DNA of 64,000 bases, from NCBI GenBank assembly GCA_040954595.2, contig CM082576.2:4314760-4378759 (forward strand), in the 5' to 3' direction. Of this stretch, positions 24,655 through 49,559 are shown piece by piece; within the stretch, counting starts at the first letter, position 1; every line of letters starts with the position of its first letter. The notes beneath the pieces were generated by a model. The model made no database searches. It saw only the letters and a list, made by a program, of their open reading frames with translations, and had not been told where the DNA came from. Source of the DNA: Balanoglossus misakiensis. Its lineage: Eukaryota > Animalia > Hemichordata. The position numbers and the translations under genes are program-made.

Positions 24655-26927
24655 GCTGCAATTTGTAAGTTCAGTTTTGTTTCACCAGTCTGGCAAAATG
24701 TTTCTCCAAATGAACTCGAAGCGAGTTCATTTTGAAACTTGTTCAAAATTGACATCAATTTTCAACTTCAACAGTGAAAAAAATACCATGAATTGAGGAC
24801 TCCATATCATAATACTAGAGGACTGCTTGATCGTAGATGTTAGAGGTTGGCAGTGTCCACACCCTAGGTTGTCAAGCCCACAGTGTTTATACTTTTCACA
24901 AAGTTGAATGAACTTTTTCTTTCAGATGCCAAAATGTAGAGTTACTTGCCAGAATGTACGGTAGTTCAGTGCCATGGTTCAACATTTCTCGAAAATGACA
25001 GTGCCAATGTATTGATGTTTTAATGACTTCCCAGTGTACAGTTTTTTCTCTGAGATCGAGAACTGAAACAAGCACTGGTGTAATGACCACTTCCCAAATC
25101 ATTTCAGCCTATGTGTCCATTTTAATATAAAAATGCCAACAAAAAATGCCGGAATGTAGTAATCATGTGACTTTTCCGGGGGCAAAAAAAAAAGAAAGAC
25201 CGCGCTTGTCAATTTGGATTATGGAATGCCTAAAAATGATGGCAACCTGGAGTTCTAGTCTTGTCTGACAAAATAATCCAACAGATATCTTCACTCGTGT
25301 CGTACTGTGTCATTCATGTCACCTTTTCTTCTTTAAAAAAAATCTCTTCCATTGAATATGCCACTTCCAACACAACATGGACCATATTCAGATTTGTACA
25401 TCACAGTCAAGTCATCGGCAACACCACAATTCTCAGAGAAATAAGTCACTTCAAACTGGCGCCAGTGTTGGTTGGACGTCAAGCAATCACTGTGTATGCA
25501 ATCGTATATTTTTTTGTCAGTATTTTACTCCTGCAAGACAGAAGCGTGTAAATACCAACAGGAAATATGAAATTTTCATCACTTTAGCTGAGACTTGCTC
25601 TCGCTCTTGCTGGTATCACTCTTGAGTCCAAAGTGGTACTGCTAAATGTAAAATGGGCAGCTTATTAAGAAATTTGGACAGGGACATGTCCACCAACAAT
25701 TAATGTAATGTCAGATAATTATAGTATGTATGTAAAGATGACAACGGAAAAAAAATACAATTGGCTCAATTTTCATGTTGATAATAGCGTAGATATCAGT
25801 GTCTAGAATTTGTGTGTTTACAAGACTTACTAAAGAAGGTATTTTGTTTGTGATTGGAGGAAAACAAATTGTGAGAGAGGAGACAAGCAAAATGGAGGTA
25901 CAATGTGAATCTGAAGATCATGTGATGCAATTTATAGAAGTAATTATACAAGAATTGTTTGATTCTTAAAATAATGTAGTGTTTTCAATAGGACTTGTGT
26001 ATACCCAGCATGCAATTCTGGGTAATGTTTGCCTGCTGTTGTCCTGGTTACTGACTCGTATCGCTTCCTGGTTTGAGATGATAAATTCTTTGTATATGCA
26101 GTATACACTCCAGCCGTGCAATGCTTTGTGAAAGCTTTCTTGTAAAAGACTGTTTTGCAAAACTGTACACTGATGTATAGGTAATTGTCAAGCTGAAGAT
26201 CTGCAAAAACAGCTCATTATTAAAAAAGATGCCAGATATAATTATTCCACGAGAGACACTGAGGGCTTAAGTCATTTGTTTTTCAATGTCTATGTCAGTG
26301 CTGATTTCACATGTAGCATTTACGCCAATTACAGCCTGGCATATATCATTATATATTTTTCCTTTTCGAAATTCCCTATCAGACATGTCAATATATTCAC
26401 AATATTTGTAGAGGTTGTTTGTCAATTCTGATGTTTAAGTAACCAGGACGGCAAGTCAGGAAATATTTGCCCGGCTAATCACAAAGAAGTTTTGCTGTAA
26501 AATAAAAGACAATAACTCAATCATTTTCACCAGTTATGGAAATCAAAATTGCATTGAGAGAAATTGCTTGTCGATATTTGACAAGACAGACCTGTCATAT
26601 TTCTTGCCGCCCAAGTGTTGTGACTTGTGTACTATAGGTGTTCTTGTGTAAGTGATTTCAATCTTCCAACTACTGTAACAAGATTTCTTTGCAAAAGGCA
26701 TTAAATTTGTTTTTGTTTTTCAAAACTTTGAGTGGCTGACACTGATGTGTCAAGGGTGTGTCATTTGTTTGAAACCAGAAAGACAGAAATTTTAAAACAA
26801 TTTATTTAGACTCATTTTTGCCATAATGTTATTCGAAAGACTTCTATAATTGATGTCACTTTCCCCCAATGGTGACTTTAGCTCAAAAAGAGAAGACATT
26901 ACAAAAGTGTCGAAAAGTTCATATATG

Positions 26928-26945
26928 TGAGCCCTCTAGTGGTCA
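26928..26945 (-). promoter_or_regulatory. CTCF-like site between the convergent 3' ends
   Basis: The minus strand reads TGACCACTAGAGGGCTCA, a close match to the CTCF core CCASYAGRKGGC. Confidence 0.5.
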
Positions 26946-28024
26946 AATCAACTGATTCACTCGCATAGCATGTGACAGTTTCTCCAGATGTTATTGTTTC
27001 GCTTTCCACGCTCAAGTATAACTTTACCATTTAAAATCTGGACAAAACTATTCTACGTGATCAATAAACGACTTACTAAGCGTGAACGACACTATCACTG
27101 GCCAAAATTCATCTGGTCGAGACATATTTCAATTTACCATTCCGGCCATTGGAGGCGTAGTTCATGTCTCCTTCAGCTGCGGCATACGTGCAGTACCCTT
27201 CAACTGATTTCACCTTGGTTACGGGATCAAGGTCAGAGTAACCTTTGGGACTGATCAGTTTCTTCAGGTCATTCTGTTTTGGAAACGTCGTGCACTTGGG
27301 GTTCATGTGGTTTTGAGTGTGAGAGATTACAAATTTCATACAATTCTTACCCGGTGCCAAAATGCATCACACCAGCCATGATTTTAATGGTCACCTTGTC
27401 TCGCTTTTTTTCAATGTGGAGAGTCAAATTTTTTCATGTGCACCAAACCATGATTGACACTCCCCTCCCCTAACTGAATAAAAACGTCCAGTCCATTATC
27501 CACTTAACTTAATCTCCCGTACTTCGCTCTTGAAGGTCATACGACTTTCAAGACTAAGATGCGCCGCTCATTAATTTAACCAAAACAAAATCTCCACAAA
27601 TATTTTCTTGTCAAACATCAATGAGCAATTGGGTCATCTGTCGGGAAACAAAAAAAATGTGACCCTCTGAAATTTTCTCAATTCTTTTTCAACCTTAAAG
27701 ATAGATAGTCATGACTGTTATCATCAATTATCCAGAGTTTAATTCTTCTTTAATATGGACGGCTACTCAGCTTCAGGGCAAAAGGACAGATCGTACGTTT
27801 CTCGCACAACTGACTTGAAACATCAATCTTGCAGCTTGCAGGATGTACAAATGCATCTTGGGTAGAATCTGGACTAATAGGTCCATGCAAACTGATGTAG
27901 GAAAGCTTTAGTTTCCTTTCACACTTATAGTCTGAGTTAATTTTTTTTAATCTTCCAGAAGACACACTCATTCTGCAGCAGCTCAGCTCTAAATGTTTCA
28001 GTCACTTCACATCCAACCACAGTC

Positions 28025-28081
28025 ACCAACAAAAACACACACACAGCAAACAGTGTTTTGATCACGATGGCTTCATTTATT
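28025..28081 (-). terminator. Polyadenylation signal of EGLN with GU-rich downstream element (3' UTR about 2.5 kb)
   Basis: The minus strand reads AATAAA (28081-28076), then tgaagccatcgtgatcaaaacac, then tgtttgctgtgtgtgtgtttttgttgg. Confidence 0.65.
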
Positions 28082-30576
28082 GTATTGTTGCCCCATTGTC
28101 AAGCATTATACAAGCCTGATAAACATTGTGATTGTTTTATTTGTCATTTTTTTTCAAATAAAATACATTTAACAACTATACAGAACATCACCTGGAGTCT
28201 GACCAGTAATCACCTTCATCTCATGTAAATACATACATTCTTTTTTTTGAAGATCTTGTGCGTTTGGTTTCACCTTAACTGTCTCAAAGAAAGTTCTAGA
28301 AAATATAAATTTCATTCTCAAAGATATCATTGCCATGGAAACAGCATGTCCAGTGTTTCCCGCCCGACTGGTTGAAATTGATGAAATGGTTATACACGTA
28401 TATGCATGATGATGATTAATAGTTTATGCAAATTGAAGATTTATCTAGACATTAAGAACCCAGAAATAACATTAAATATATGTTATTCTGTTACTGAATC
28501 AAATAGCAGATGTGTTTTTAATTGATTTTGACTTTATACAGACTAGGAAGATTAAAAAAAAAGAAGTTATAAATTGGTGACCTAAGACCAGGTCAAAGGC
28601 AAAAGTGGAATTGGACTACAATATAGACATGACAGATTCAAAGACTAATGAAGAAAATGTAAAAGTATACAATACAGTGTACCAAACACTGCTGAATGAT
28701 ATGATGTCCACATTGGAATAATAAGACAGCTGCAACAATTGGCCCGAAGACACTTCCTTTTATGGGCGCAGCATCGATCGGGGAGGTGAAAACCTCCCAG
28801 AATTTATGGCTAGATAATGAGGAAATAATAGGGGACTTTGGTTCAGCTTGGGGTAATAAAATTACATGACTTAGCTTACAGTGACAGCATACAAGACTAC
28901 AATTGAACTGTCACTTGTATGAACTACTCTTTACATGAGCTATATACACAAAGTCTCCCACAAAGACATTAACACACTAAATCCTACATTCTGAAAAAAA
29001 AGTGAATATCACATGAGGTTTGTATCAAGATTGAGGTAATTCTGTCATTAGGAAATCTGTTTCATAATTACATTCTACTGGAGGTGGGTTTTGTCTGGAA
29101 ATAGAGGAATAAACGCCACGTCATGAAATGCATGTTTGTGAACGCATCGATCTGAATACCCAGGTTTACTATTAAAAAACATCACATTTAGGAGACACCA
29201 AGATCATACCTTTATAATGTTTCTGGAAATGAGACACAATGAAGACAAAATCAGCCCTAACAAATATGGCTGAATGATTGTCACAGTCGTCAGGAGTGTT
29301 TGTGTGTGAATGTGAAAAGTGGCAACTATCAAAGTTGTGGACAAGCTTGGTATGGTACTTCAAAAACTATGTCAATTTGTTTGACCTTTATACAGAAGTT
29401 TCAGTATTCAACTTTTAGTATGTCCACTAGAATTTTCTTCAGACAGTTTTTAATTAACTGAAATCAATGACAATCAGAACAGCTGACATCAAAGTGAATA
29501 TTTAAGTTTTTTCGTTAAATGGAAGTTTTGGTTAACAAATAGTTTAATTTTTTATAATGACTATGTGTCTGTCATGAAAGATTCCAAATTCCTTACTATT
29601 GCGATTAAAGAACATTGCAATTTCTTTCATGCATGTTTGAAACCCTTCTTGAGATTTTTTTGTCATTTCTTTGAAAGAATACATGACAAGTGAGAACAAG
29701 ATATCTACATTTACAAGGTCTGTACACTGTAGGAGTGGTTAACATGGTTTCATGCATTATACAATATAAAGATTAAATGTACATGTAGGTTATACTTCTT
29801 GAATTATTTACTCACAAACCAATGCATGTTTATCAGGCCTTTAAGACAAAAACTAAAAACAAAATCAAAATTGGAAAATGTGAGAATATTCTAGAGGTTT
29901 TAAAGAATCCTTAGGGAAACTTAAGTTTTAATTTCAATTCAAAGCCATAAATATGTCTACTGGTATAATATCACAATGTACTTGGACTAAACGGACTCTA
30001 ATAGGCTTTACACATACAAAGCTTAACAGTAGAAAAAAAAAACATCTGGGCAAATATAGTTACATATAATTATATAGGTATCACCATGGTTACACAGTCA
30101 AGTAACTCACTGCTGGTAAAAACTAATCACAATAACATTTGTACAATTATTTTTTAACCCCATAATTCTAGGTCACAAATAATACAAATTTTGTTTGCTA
30201 AATCTAGCAAAAGTTTCCGTATTTACACTCAGTAACTTTCGATAATGTTAAGATGGGCAGGATAGCAAATTTACAATTTTCTATCCGCACAGCTTTCAGC
30301 AAAATGGCCAGCAAGTCCCGAGATATTTGCACAAAAAGTGTTAAAATAGTTGTTTTTTTATAGATGGACATCAAGCTGTAGACGATATAACAAGAAGTGG
30401 TCTGTGTGTTGTCCATCGGCGCCGACCACTTGCTCACAAGCAAGCAGTCGGTTGATACGTGCGCACGTGTCTTATATGCGTCCTATCGCGTTACCGTCCA
30501 ACCTCGGCTTTCAATTTCATAATTCTTCTTCTCTTAAAATCACACTGTCTTTTTTTCCCTCCAATCCCAATCCATT

Positions 30577-41152
<10,576 letters not shown>

Positions 41153-41424
41153 AATGACTGAAATTCAAGGACACTGAATATGTAAATTATGTACAGTCTA
41201 GTTTTCGTCAAATGAAATCAACGCAATTACTCTGAAAATCGCTATTTTTCAACTTTAGTACAATAACAAATTATGTAAAAAATATCGTTTATTTCCAATC
41301 TAAGAATTTTTTTTTGAAATAATGTATTGAACACGCTTGTATTCACATTTGAATGTTCAATATGGCCAACTGAGAATGGCGAGTTGCTTTCTGGCACGAA
41401 AAGCAAAACAAGGAACTCAATCCA

Positions 41425-41960
41425 CACGTACACTGCAGAAGACAGAACTGTCCATAAAACAATAATCGCAATCGGTAGGTCTATTTCGACGTGGATTTAC
41501 GTACCAACTCGTTCCCAAGTTCTTCACTTAGTGCAGATTCGGGTTTCGTTCACAGAAATGTAAAGCGATCGTTCAATTTGAACGAAAACACTGTCGCCAA
41601 GAGTTACATATTGACACGTCTATTAATGAATGAAAACACTGTTACGTGCAGACGTTCGCATCGGGATAAGGTCACGACCCACGATTTTAATATGTAAATT
41701 TGCGAACGCAAGTCGGGGTGCGGCAAAGATCACGTACGCGTATATATACACGAAGGGCGTATCCTTGACTGGGGGTAGAAATTTGGAAAAGTGCAGAACA
41801 AAAAGGTATATTGATATTGGTGAATTACCGGGAGAGAAAATCCAAGTTGAGAAACGCCTAAGCGTAAATTGCTGCAAAATTCATCCGCTTCACGAAGTAC
41901 TATTCTATGCGCAAGGCTTAGTATTTGCATATAGCGGGCCTACTCATTGGCCAATCCTGA
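41425..41960 (-). promoter_or_regulatory. Proximal EGLN promoter with an HRE cluster
   Basis: ACGTG cores at 41425, 41488, 41615, 41643 (TACGTGCA) and 41731; TATATA at 41741; ATTTGCAT at 41923; ATTGGCCAAT at 41946; CpG-rich. HIF induction of PHD2 is an established feedback loop. Confidence 0.65.
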
Positions 41961-42415
41961 GAACAGACACCTGCAGATTCATGAGATTGACAAACTGGGT
42001 CATGCACATGACAGGGGAGCACAACTTGGCCTAATTAGAACTTCCTTTCTGGCCAGGGAGGCGACTGAACGGGAAGGCCTCGGTAACAATCTTTTTTCTC
42101 TTTTCACTTTTTTCAGATTCCACTCTGTTGCTGCGAAATAGGGCTGTAGGCCACTGTGCTGTAGGCCTATGTTGTCTCGTCCCATTCGCCGCATCATTGG
42201 ACGCAAACACCGTCCCTTCCAAAAGAATCTTTCAAAATAAGCGTTCTGGCGTTTGTTATTAGGCTTTTTTGTCTTTTAAAATGTAAGGCCTGAGATCGGG
42301 GGACCGCACTTATAATATATATATAATGTATTAGCCAGTACTTCCCCCCCCCCCCAAAAAAAAAATATGCATAGGGGGTTACCACCATAAGACTGTGGAT
42401 AGCTCCAAATGCTAT

Positions 42416-42665
<250 letters not shown>

Positions 42666-45600
42666 CATGACACTATAAAGCTGACAGGTTCATACATGTC
42701 CCATTATGTCGTAAATATGTTTATTATTTTCTCCGGGTCTGATGTTTAAGAACACATGAACCGCGGACATTGTGTACTTTACCGATCCTTATTAAATCGC
42801 TAGAAATCCATTTATAATTATATGAAGCATAAATTTAAACGTTAAAGCTTGACTACAGTCTGATAAACTTTTGACATGTGACTATCAAATGTCAATACAG
42901 GTGTAAGCCTTACACTGGCAGACTTTACATTCCTGCAGATATATTTGTCCAGGTAGAAATTGTATTTCCCACTCAAATTATTCCACTCTCAAAAATAAAA
43001 TTTTGTTAACTTGCGTTGCGCTGTAGTGATAAAACTTCACTTTTTGTTGACGTGCATCATTACCCGTAATCAGCGTTCATAGATACCTCTGATTACCCAG
43101 GCAACCGGTTTAGTCATGTGTACATCACCGAAGGTTATATCAAGTTCATGGCAACGCTCGGTCGGTCATGAACTGAAGGATCGGTCGTCAGCTCCGCTAC
43201 GCCCCGCCAGCCTAAATCTATCAGCATCCTACAACTATTCTGAGGGCCGAGAGGAAATTTTTTCCACAGATGATGAAAACCCAAGCAGAATTCGCGTGGA
43301 TATTGGTAAATGTTGTAGGGAGAAATTAGGGAGGCACGCAAAAAAGTAAGGGAGCAGTCGTCGACATTGTCATTGGAGGCACGCGGCACAGCCATGTAGG
43401 CCTATATCTCGCCATACTCCTGGTACCCACGTGATCTCACACAGGTATACACATGGATGTTTTGCTGTTGGTTTTCGTATTAATTACACATTTTACAGAT
43501 ATCTTGCCATGTTAGAAATACTTTGAATGTTTACAAGCATGACCATTACACAGGCGCAGTTCCGACGCCTTGCTGTTCATGTCGGCATTTAATTTTTTCA
43601 ATAACGATGGAAACGCATGATGCGACACGTAGAGAGTTATTATATTTAGTTCAGTAGCCCGTGCACAATCTTCATCTCACGACCTTACCGAGCAGTGGAA
43701 CAGACTGAAATTCATAGAAACTGGCTTGGGGGAGTTTTTTTAAATGCAGACAAAATTAAGATAGCCATGGATTTGCTCCCTGGCCAATACGTGTGTGATT
43801 CGGTTCAAACGGCGGTCACAAATGTTTTGGTGCGTGTGCGCGTATTGTCGTCGTACTAGCGCGGTTTCCGACGGCCTTGACGGGCGAATCAATGAACAAG
43901 GACCACACCACACTACGCACGACTGTTTGTTTTCTTGATTTCTACTATGCGGTATTCTTCATGGATGGCTGGAGGGGGGGGGGGGGGTACAATATCATCT
44001 ATATCTCTTTGTTTCATATTACCTTGACAAACAATCGCGCGCGAAGATAGGCGCGACTGACATGTGCGTATTTGCGATGACGTGAAGACGTTTTGATCGT
44101 GATACACTTTCATTTATGCACGTATTTGTGGGTTAGACATGCTTTGGTTTCCGGCAATACAGGCTATTACGTGCCCCCTTCAACGCAATGCTTCACGGCT
44201 ACCCACAAAGCATGCGATATGAATGAAAGCAACATGGAACGTTTATGAGAAGGTGATGCGTACCGCTGATATACCTGGACCGGAGTGAAGATGCAGTGTC
44301 GAAAAGCATGATGGACTGGAAAACTGTGATGTTGGTCTACAGGTTCTTCAACTACACAAAATTATAACACCGTGGCTTGACGGGACAGATTTCTTTACTG
44401 CAATCGTTGAATACCATGAATACGTTCGTGTATGTAAAGACAGATCCTCACATGATCGGAGCCAATATCAAATACCAACCTCTGGCGATATACCGGTTTC
44501 AATAAAAACCATGGTTTAATATTTGTCTGCTTTTTTCCTTTCTATGTATGAATTTTATATGTGTATGCGAGAGGGATAATGCGAGTTACTGTTGAAGTAG
44601 TCTTTAAGAATAAATAATTCTTTACTTTTAACCAATTTAGCAGAATCGTGGAAGTAGACCGTCCAATCCGTGCAATTGGTAACAGTTTTGGTTCTCTATG
44701 GATTTGTATAGAAAGTTTCACTTCATCTACGTACATTTTCACTATGATACACACCTATGGTTAGTTCGTATGGAAATGTTTAAGCAAGCGTAATTATCTT
44801 CCTGTTTTACTGCTTTTTTGTGGTCGCTAAACACTGGTAGATCGTTGGTAATTGTGATCTTTAGGAAAGTGCCCGCGTCCGAGAAAAGTCATGTAGGCCA
44901 ACGCCCGACTGATTTGCATAAACCTCTTTAGACGGTGTTTGGATAAAATAGTGAATATGTGCGGGCACGGTATTTTTGCCAAATGACAAGGCGTGTGTAT
45001 CGACAATATACCTGTGTTTATACTTGTATCGTAATGCTTACTGCGTATATAACTGTCATGGAAGGATTTACATGACGGTGACAATGACCTTCCTTCAAGT
45101 ATTTTGTGACGTCTGGGTTCATCTGGCGGTCAACGCCAAGTACTTGACGGTTACCCCCAGATGTGTTCAAACTTAACAATGAAAGTATTTATGCTGCAGC
45201 CATCTGTTGTTATCGTGTGTCTCGCGTGATTCGACATCTGTACTTTTAAATACGTCTCACGAAAATCGCCCGATGATGGCGTTGTTATCTCCGGATCTCT
45301 TACAACTGGAGACGGATCTGGGAGCAGATACTAGTACTTTCTTTCAACGCAGCGACTTACAATTTTAAAGGGCATCGCGGTAAAGATCAAGAAACTGGCG
45401 TTTTATGTACAAATAATTTTTACCTTCACTTTTCATACCAGAACCCCAAATTTCAATCGCTAGAGCCGTTGAACAAACCTGAAACACTGCGACGTATTTA
45501 AGTATGTTGTTTTTCATAAAAGTATTGGTGAAAGGGTAAAACCGAAACAAATTCTGGTGGTGCTTTAAATAAAACTGTTGACTTCGCGATTTCTTTTTTA

Positions 45601-46249
45601 ACAATAAAGTTTGACAAAATGTGCATCAGAATTTCCTTTTTTAAATTTGCCAGACTTCAAAGTTAGTTGTAACTAAATATATGTCCGAAGACTAGGTTTG
45701 TATTTCTCCAAACAGATCGACATAGGTTGTATCACAGTCACCTAAAGCACACATTCTCGGCCATTTCCGACAATACACCGGGTCTCTCTCATTCCGCCAC
45801 ACATATTCGGCTCTTTTAAAAAATTAAACGTTTCACAGCTTACTTTTAAAATTTCCTTGTTTTTCTCGACCATTACCAAAAGCCCCTATGTGTCGCCAGA
45901 ATATCAATCTGACACAAGATGCAACGAACTCCCAGTCGAACTCGCCCCACTTTTTTATACAACCCTGTAGCTTAGGACTAGTCTGCCACGCCGCGCCAGA
46001 ATCAGTCAAATGTTATGCGAACAAAAAATTGCCGGAGGGTTTTAAAAATCAATTAATACACTTCAAGAAAGGTAATTTTTACATGTCAGCGTTGAAATAT
46101 TTAAGATTTCCCATTAAGTTATTCTTCCATAGTTCATGAATGGTGATGAACACATCTGCACGTACGCACTGGTCTCCCTAGGTTGTCTGAAAGAACCACA
46201 TATAGGCGCGGCGTGTTTATCGTACGTGTGTGTATGCGTGTGTGTGTCC

Positions 46250-46540
46250 GCTGAGTGCACCATACTGTACAAAAACATTGGGAATAGCTAGCCCCGTCTA
46301 TTTAATTCACCTGGGTGTCAAAGCCAGCACAAGTTGCAACCCTGGATGGATTGAATCGAGTCTTGATAATGGGATCAGCAGCGTGGTTCCTGTTTCGTGG
46401 CTTTATACTACAAAGATGGGAATAATAAGCTTTCGCGGAGAACACGTAGGCCTAATATTTTTGGGGTAAAACACATATGAAACTGCCCTTTTGAAGAGAT
46501 AGGTGGTCGATTGGGGGAAGCGCTATTTAAAAATTCAAAA
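46250..46540 (+). mobile_element. Possible SINE / L2-type 3' fragment
   Basis: Ends in gaagcgctatttaaaaattcaaaacaaaaac, which resembles the aagcgctatataaat tails of L2-associated SINEs. I found no clear A/B boxes or target-site duplication. Confidence 0.2.
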
Positions 46541-47249
46541 CAAAAACATTGATCTCTTTAAGGTCCACTGACTGAAATTTGTTGTTGGCACGTACCCTAT
46601 GACACAACGTTGTGTGACGATGTCGGTGTATTCGCACTTGGAAAATGTTTTTTTTTACACTTCTAGATTAAATGGTTGTTTATTTGAAACTGCTGACATG
46701 AGACGAGTCCCAGACACTAATATATCGATAAAAACGACAAGAGAATCCGATTAACATTCGGATGCAACTAAGAAAAACGGTGTCAAATATGATCTCAACA
46801 ACGAAAACACATAAATTGCTTATTTCTATCCCTGCCATATTGCGTATTTTCTGCTAGGTGGCTTGCCAAAGCCAGTTTCGCTGGAAATTGCGTTAAAATG
46901 TGTTCGTTTTCCCACGTCATAATTAATTAGCAGTATTAGAATTTTACTTGCAAGTTGCCCTCCAACATATGGGAATGAAATTACCGTGACAATTCTGCAT
47001 ATTACAGAAATCTTTTTGGCCAAAAATTCGCTTGCCATTGAGCAACCCTTTGAACGCCTATTGGAAAACAACAACGCAGCTGTTGTGTATCGAAAGGGTG
47101 AAGTATAGAGTTTTGCTTTTGCTGAAGGTCTGACCCAACCCTAGCATATGCCATATCATCATGATTATAGCCTGAAACCAGAAAAAGGGGCGACGTGCAA
47201 TGGTTGATTTTTTAAATCGTGCGACACTCAAACCGAAGTAGTCACCAAC

Positions 47250-47352
47250 CTTTTCTATACTCCTTGATGCCGTCGATGGAGTACTTCGGGAAAGTTCGGA
47301 AACGCTGCTCTTTGCTGTAAGGTGTACTGGATGCGTACGTGTGTGTGGTCAT
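47250..47352 (-). CDS. EGLN1: Probable upstream coding first exon of EGLN (MTTHTYASSTPYSKEQRFRTFPKYSIDGIKEYRK)
   Basis: ATG in gaagATG context, coding-like codons, phase-1 donor AAG|gttggt. The acceptor tttcag|TC ATT ATG at 41157 gives G+TC ATT ATG, in frame with the MYND exon. Confidence 0.55.
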
Positions 47353-47539
47353 CTTCGCCGAGCAGGCGGCCCGCTCAGCATGCCTGTTGTTGAAGGGGCT
47401 GCTAACCACCAACAACAACACCACCGCGCACACGCACGGGCAGAAAGGGAGGCTGGGCAGGCGTGTTGACAAAACGCAACTCCCAATGAGAACGGACAAG
47501 ATAACTTATGGCCACATGAAATGACACTGCCGGCTGACA

Positions 47540-47585
47540 CTTGGCGGACCTTTTGCAATTTACATGACGTAATTCTTTATATTTA
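47540..47585 (-). promoter_or_regulatory. Candidate distal EGLN promoter (TATA box plus CRE/ATF-like site)
   Basis: Minus-strand TATAAAG at 47581-47575 and TGACGTAA at 47565-47572, about 225 nt upstream of the candidate ATG at 47352. Confidence 0.4.
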
Positions 47586-48550
47586 AAACACAGGGTGTGC
47601 AATATAGCCTCTAGTTATAACACAGACCTTAGGTTACCTCAAAGTCACTTCAGTCATGAATTCATATGTTATCGTTGAGTTAAAGAAAATATATATGGTC
47701 TGATTGGAAACCTTATTGTACCTTATTTATACTGGCTAGCGTACATGATCGTACAGGTGCAAACCCCCTGCGGGGAAAGTGCCTTGATATACTGACTACA
47801 GACACACTTTATTCTGAGATACGTACTTTGTCGCCATGGTTACTTGACAAATGTTACCCCATAGTGTACTGGTGTAATGTGTTTCCAAAGTATATACTGA
47901 AAATGGAATATATCGTGCGGATCAAATGCGACCTATAAATAACGGTAAACCCCACCAACTCGCACGTTCGCTTTGACATCTGCTTGACCGAAACATAGCG
48001 CCTCTAGTGTCTATATAAGTTAGTTATTTTGTTGTTTTTTTATAGACAGTATGCTGGCGCCAACATCACAACTTGTTTTGTAATGAAATCCCTCGCAAAT
48101 TTTTTGGTCAGAATTTTTCGATTGATGAACGTAGACGTGAAATGCGCCCTCTAGAGTTCAGCATGAGCAGTACCGCAGTAATATCACAAGAACGATTGAT
48201 TGAATGACTTAAAACATCTAGTCTAGTATAGACGCCGGGGCTCGCGCTCTCTTCTGGCGAGAACTTTGATACGACGTTTGTTTCTAGACTAAGAAATCTC
48301 ATATATGTACTCACTCATGTACATGCATATAAACCAAGACAAAAATAACTCAGCCCTGTCTCGTTTGACGACGCCGATTGACTCGCAATTTCCGAAATGC
48401 GTCAAGACTAATAAGCGGAATACATCGCGGTTCACGAAGTCCAAGAGAATCTAAACGACATAAAATGTTTTGAACGACTTGATGACGACACATTTCTCGG
48501 GTAACGATGCCGATAGTTTAGTTTGAGAAAAATCTAGCGGGTTTAGAGAT

Positions 48551-48635
<85 letters not shown>

Positions 48636-48705
48636 CCACCACCACCACCACCACCACCACCACCACCACCACCACCACCACCACCACCACCACCACCACC
48701 ATCAT
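48551..48705. repeat. Compound trinucleotide microsatellite (ATC)n-(ACC)n
   Basis: Directly visible; it produces the spurious poly-V/poly-M ORF. Confidence 0.98.
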
Positions 48706-49559
48706 ATCACCATTTTCTCAAAAAAAGAGATTTGGCCTACATTGGCATTCACGACCTGACACACGCTTTCCGACCCGAACTCGTTTACTGTAAATATAGT
48801 ACAGTTCACCCCTTACTGAGACGAAATTACAGTTCCCTACGTCGGAGACTATTTTCATTGTAAAAACGGAAACAGGGGCATTTCCTTGGCTTTAGCTCCA
48901 GACGGTGATCAAATATTAACAAGAAAACCGAGTACATATGTCACCGCTAATGTGAGTGCCAGTATATTACCGCCTGCTGGAAACACACAGTCACATCTTA
49001 ATCTTATTTGATGTGGTCAGGTTTTTAAGAATTGATCATGACTATATTTAAATTTTGGATGTCTTCTAAACACGCAATATGAATTTAAAAAAATAAATAA
49101 ATCATTTCCCGTTATATGCAGTGGAGGGCCCTTTTTTTCGTTTTCTTTTTTTTTGAAAGCGTGTTATTGTATTGGAATACTTTTTCTTTGTCGGGGGAAA
49201 TAGACGTGCTTGGTCGGCGGAATGCATGTTTGAACCAAAACACAGACGCGCCCAAGTTTATTCTTTCTCTTTGTCGTGAACGACACGACATCAATGGACA
49301 GACAGAGTTGATCTTCTAACCACATCGCCGGCCGCGGCCAAATACACCTGTCGCCCCAGGTGAGCGCTGAAGCATGACGAGAGAACAACAGTGGTTGGAC
49401 TGTGATCACAACGAAGAAAGCCGCATACACGCAGCAGTTCGTGGGTGTTCACTGGAACAGCAATAAACGAGAGTAGATCATGAAGTTCGAACGGGAGGAA
49501 AACAATAGGAAGTGTCTTTGTAGGATTTTTAACTACTTCAACTGACAACTACTGTCGTT

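Noticed and set aside
48451-48705. Poly-Val/poly-Met ORF
   Set aside because: It is a translation of the (ATC)n(ACC)n microsatellite.
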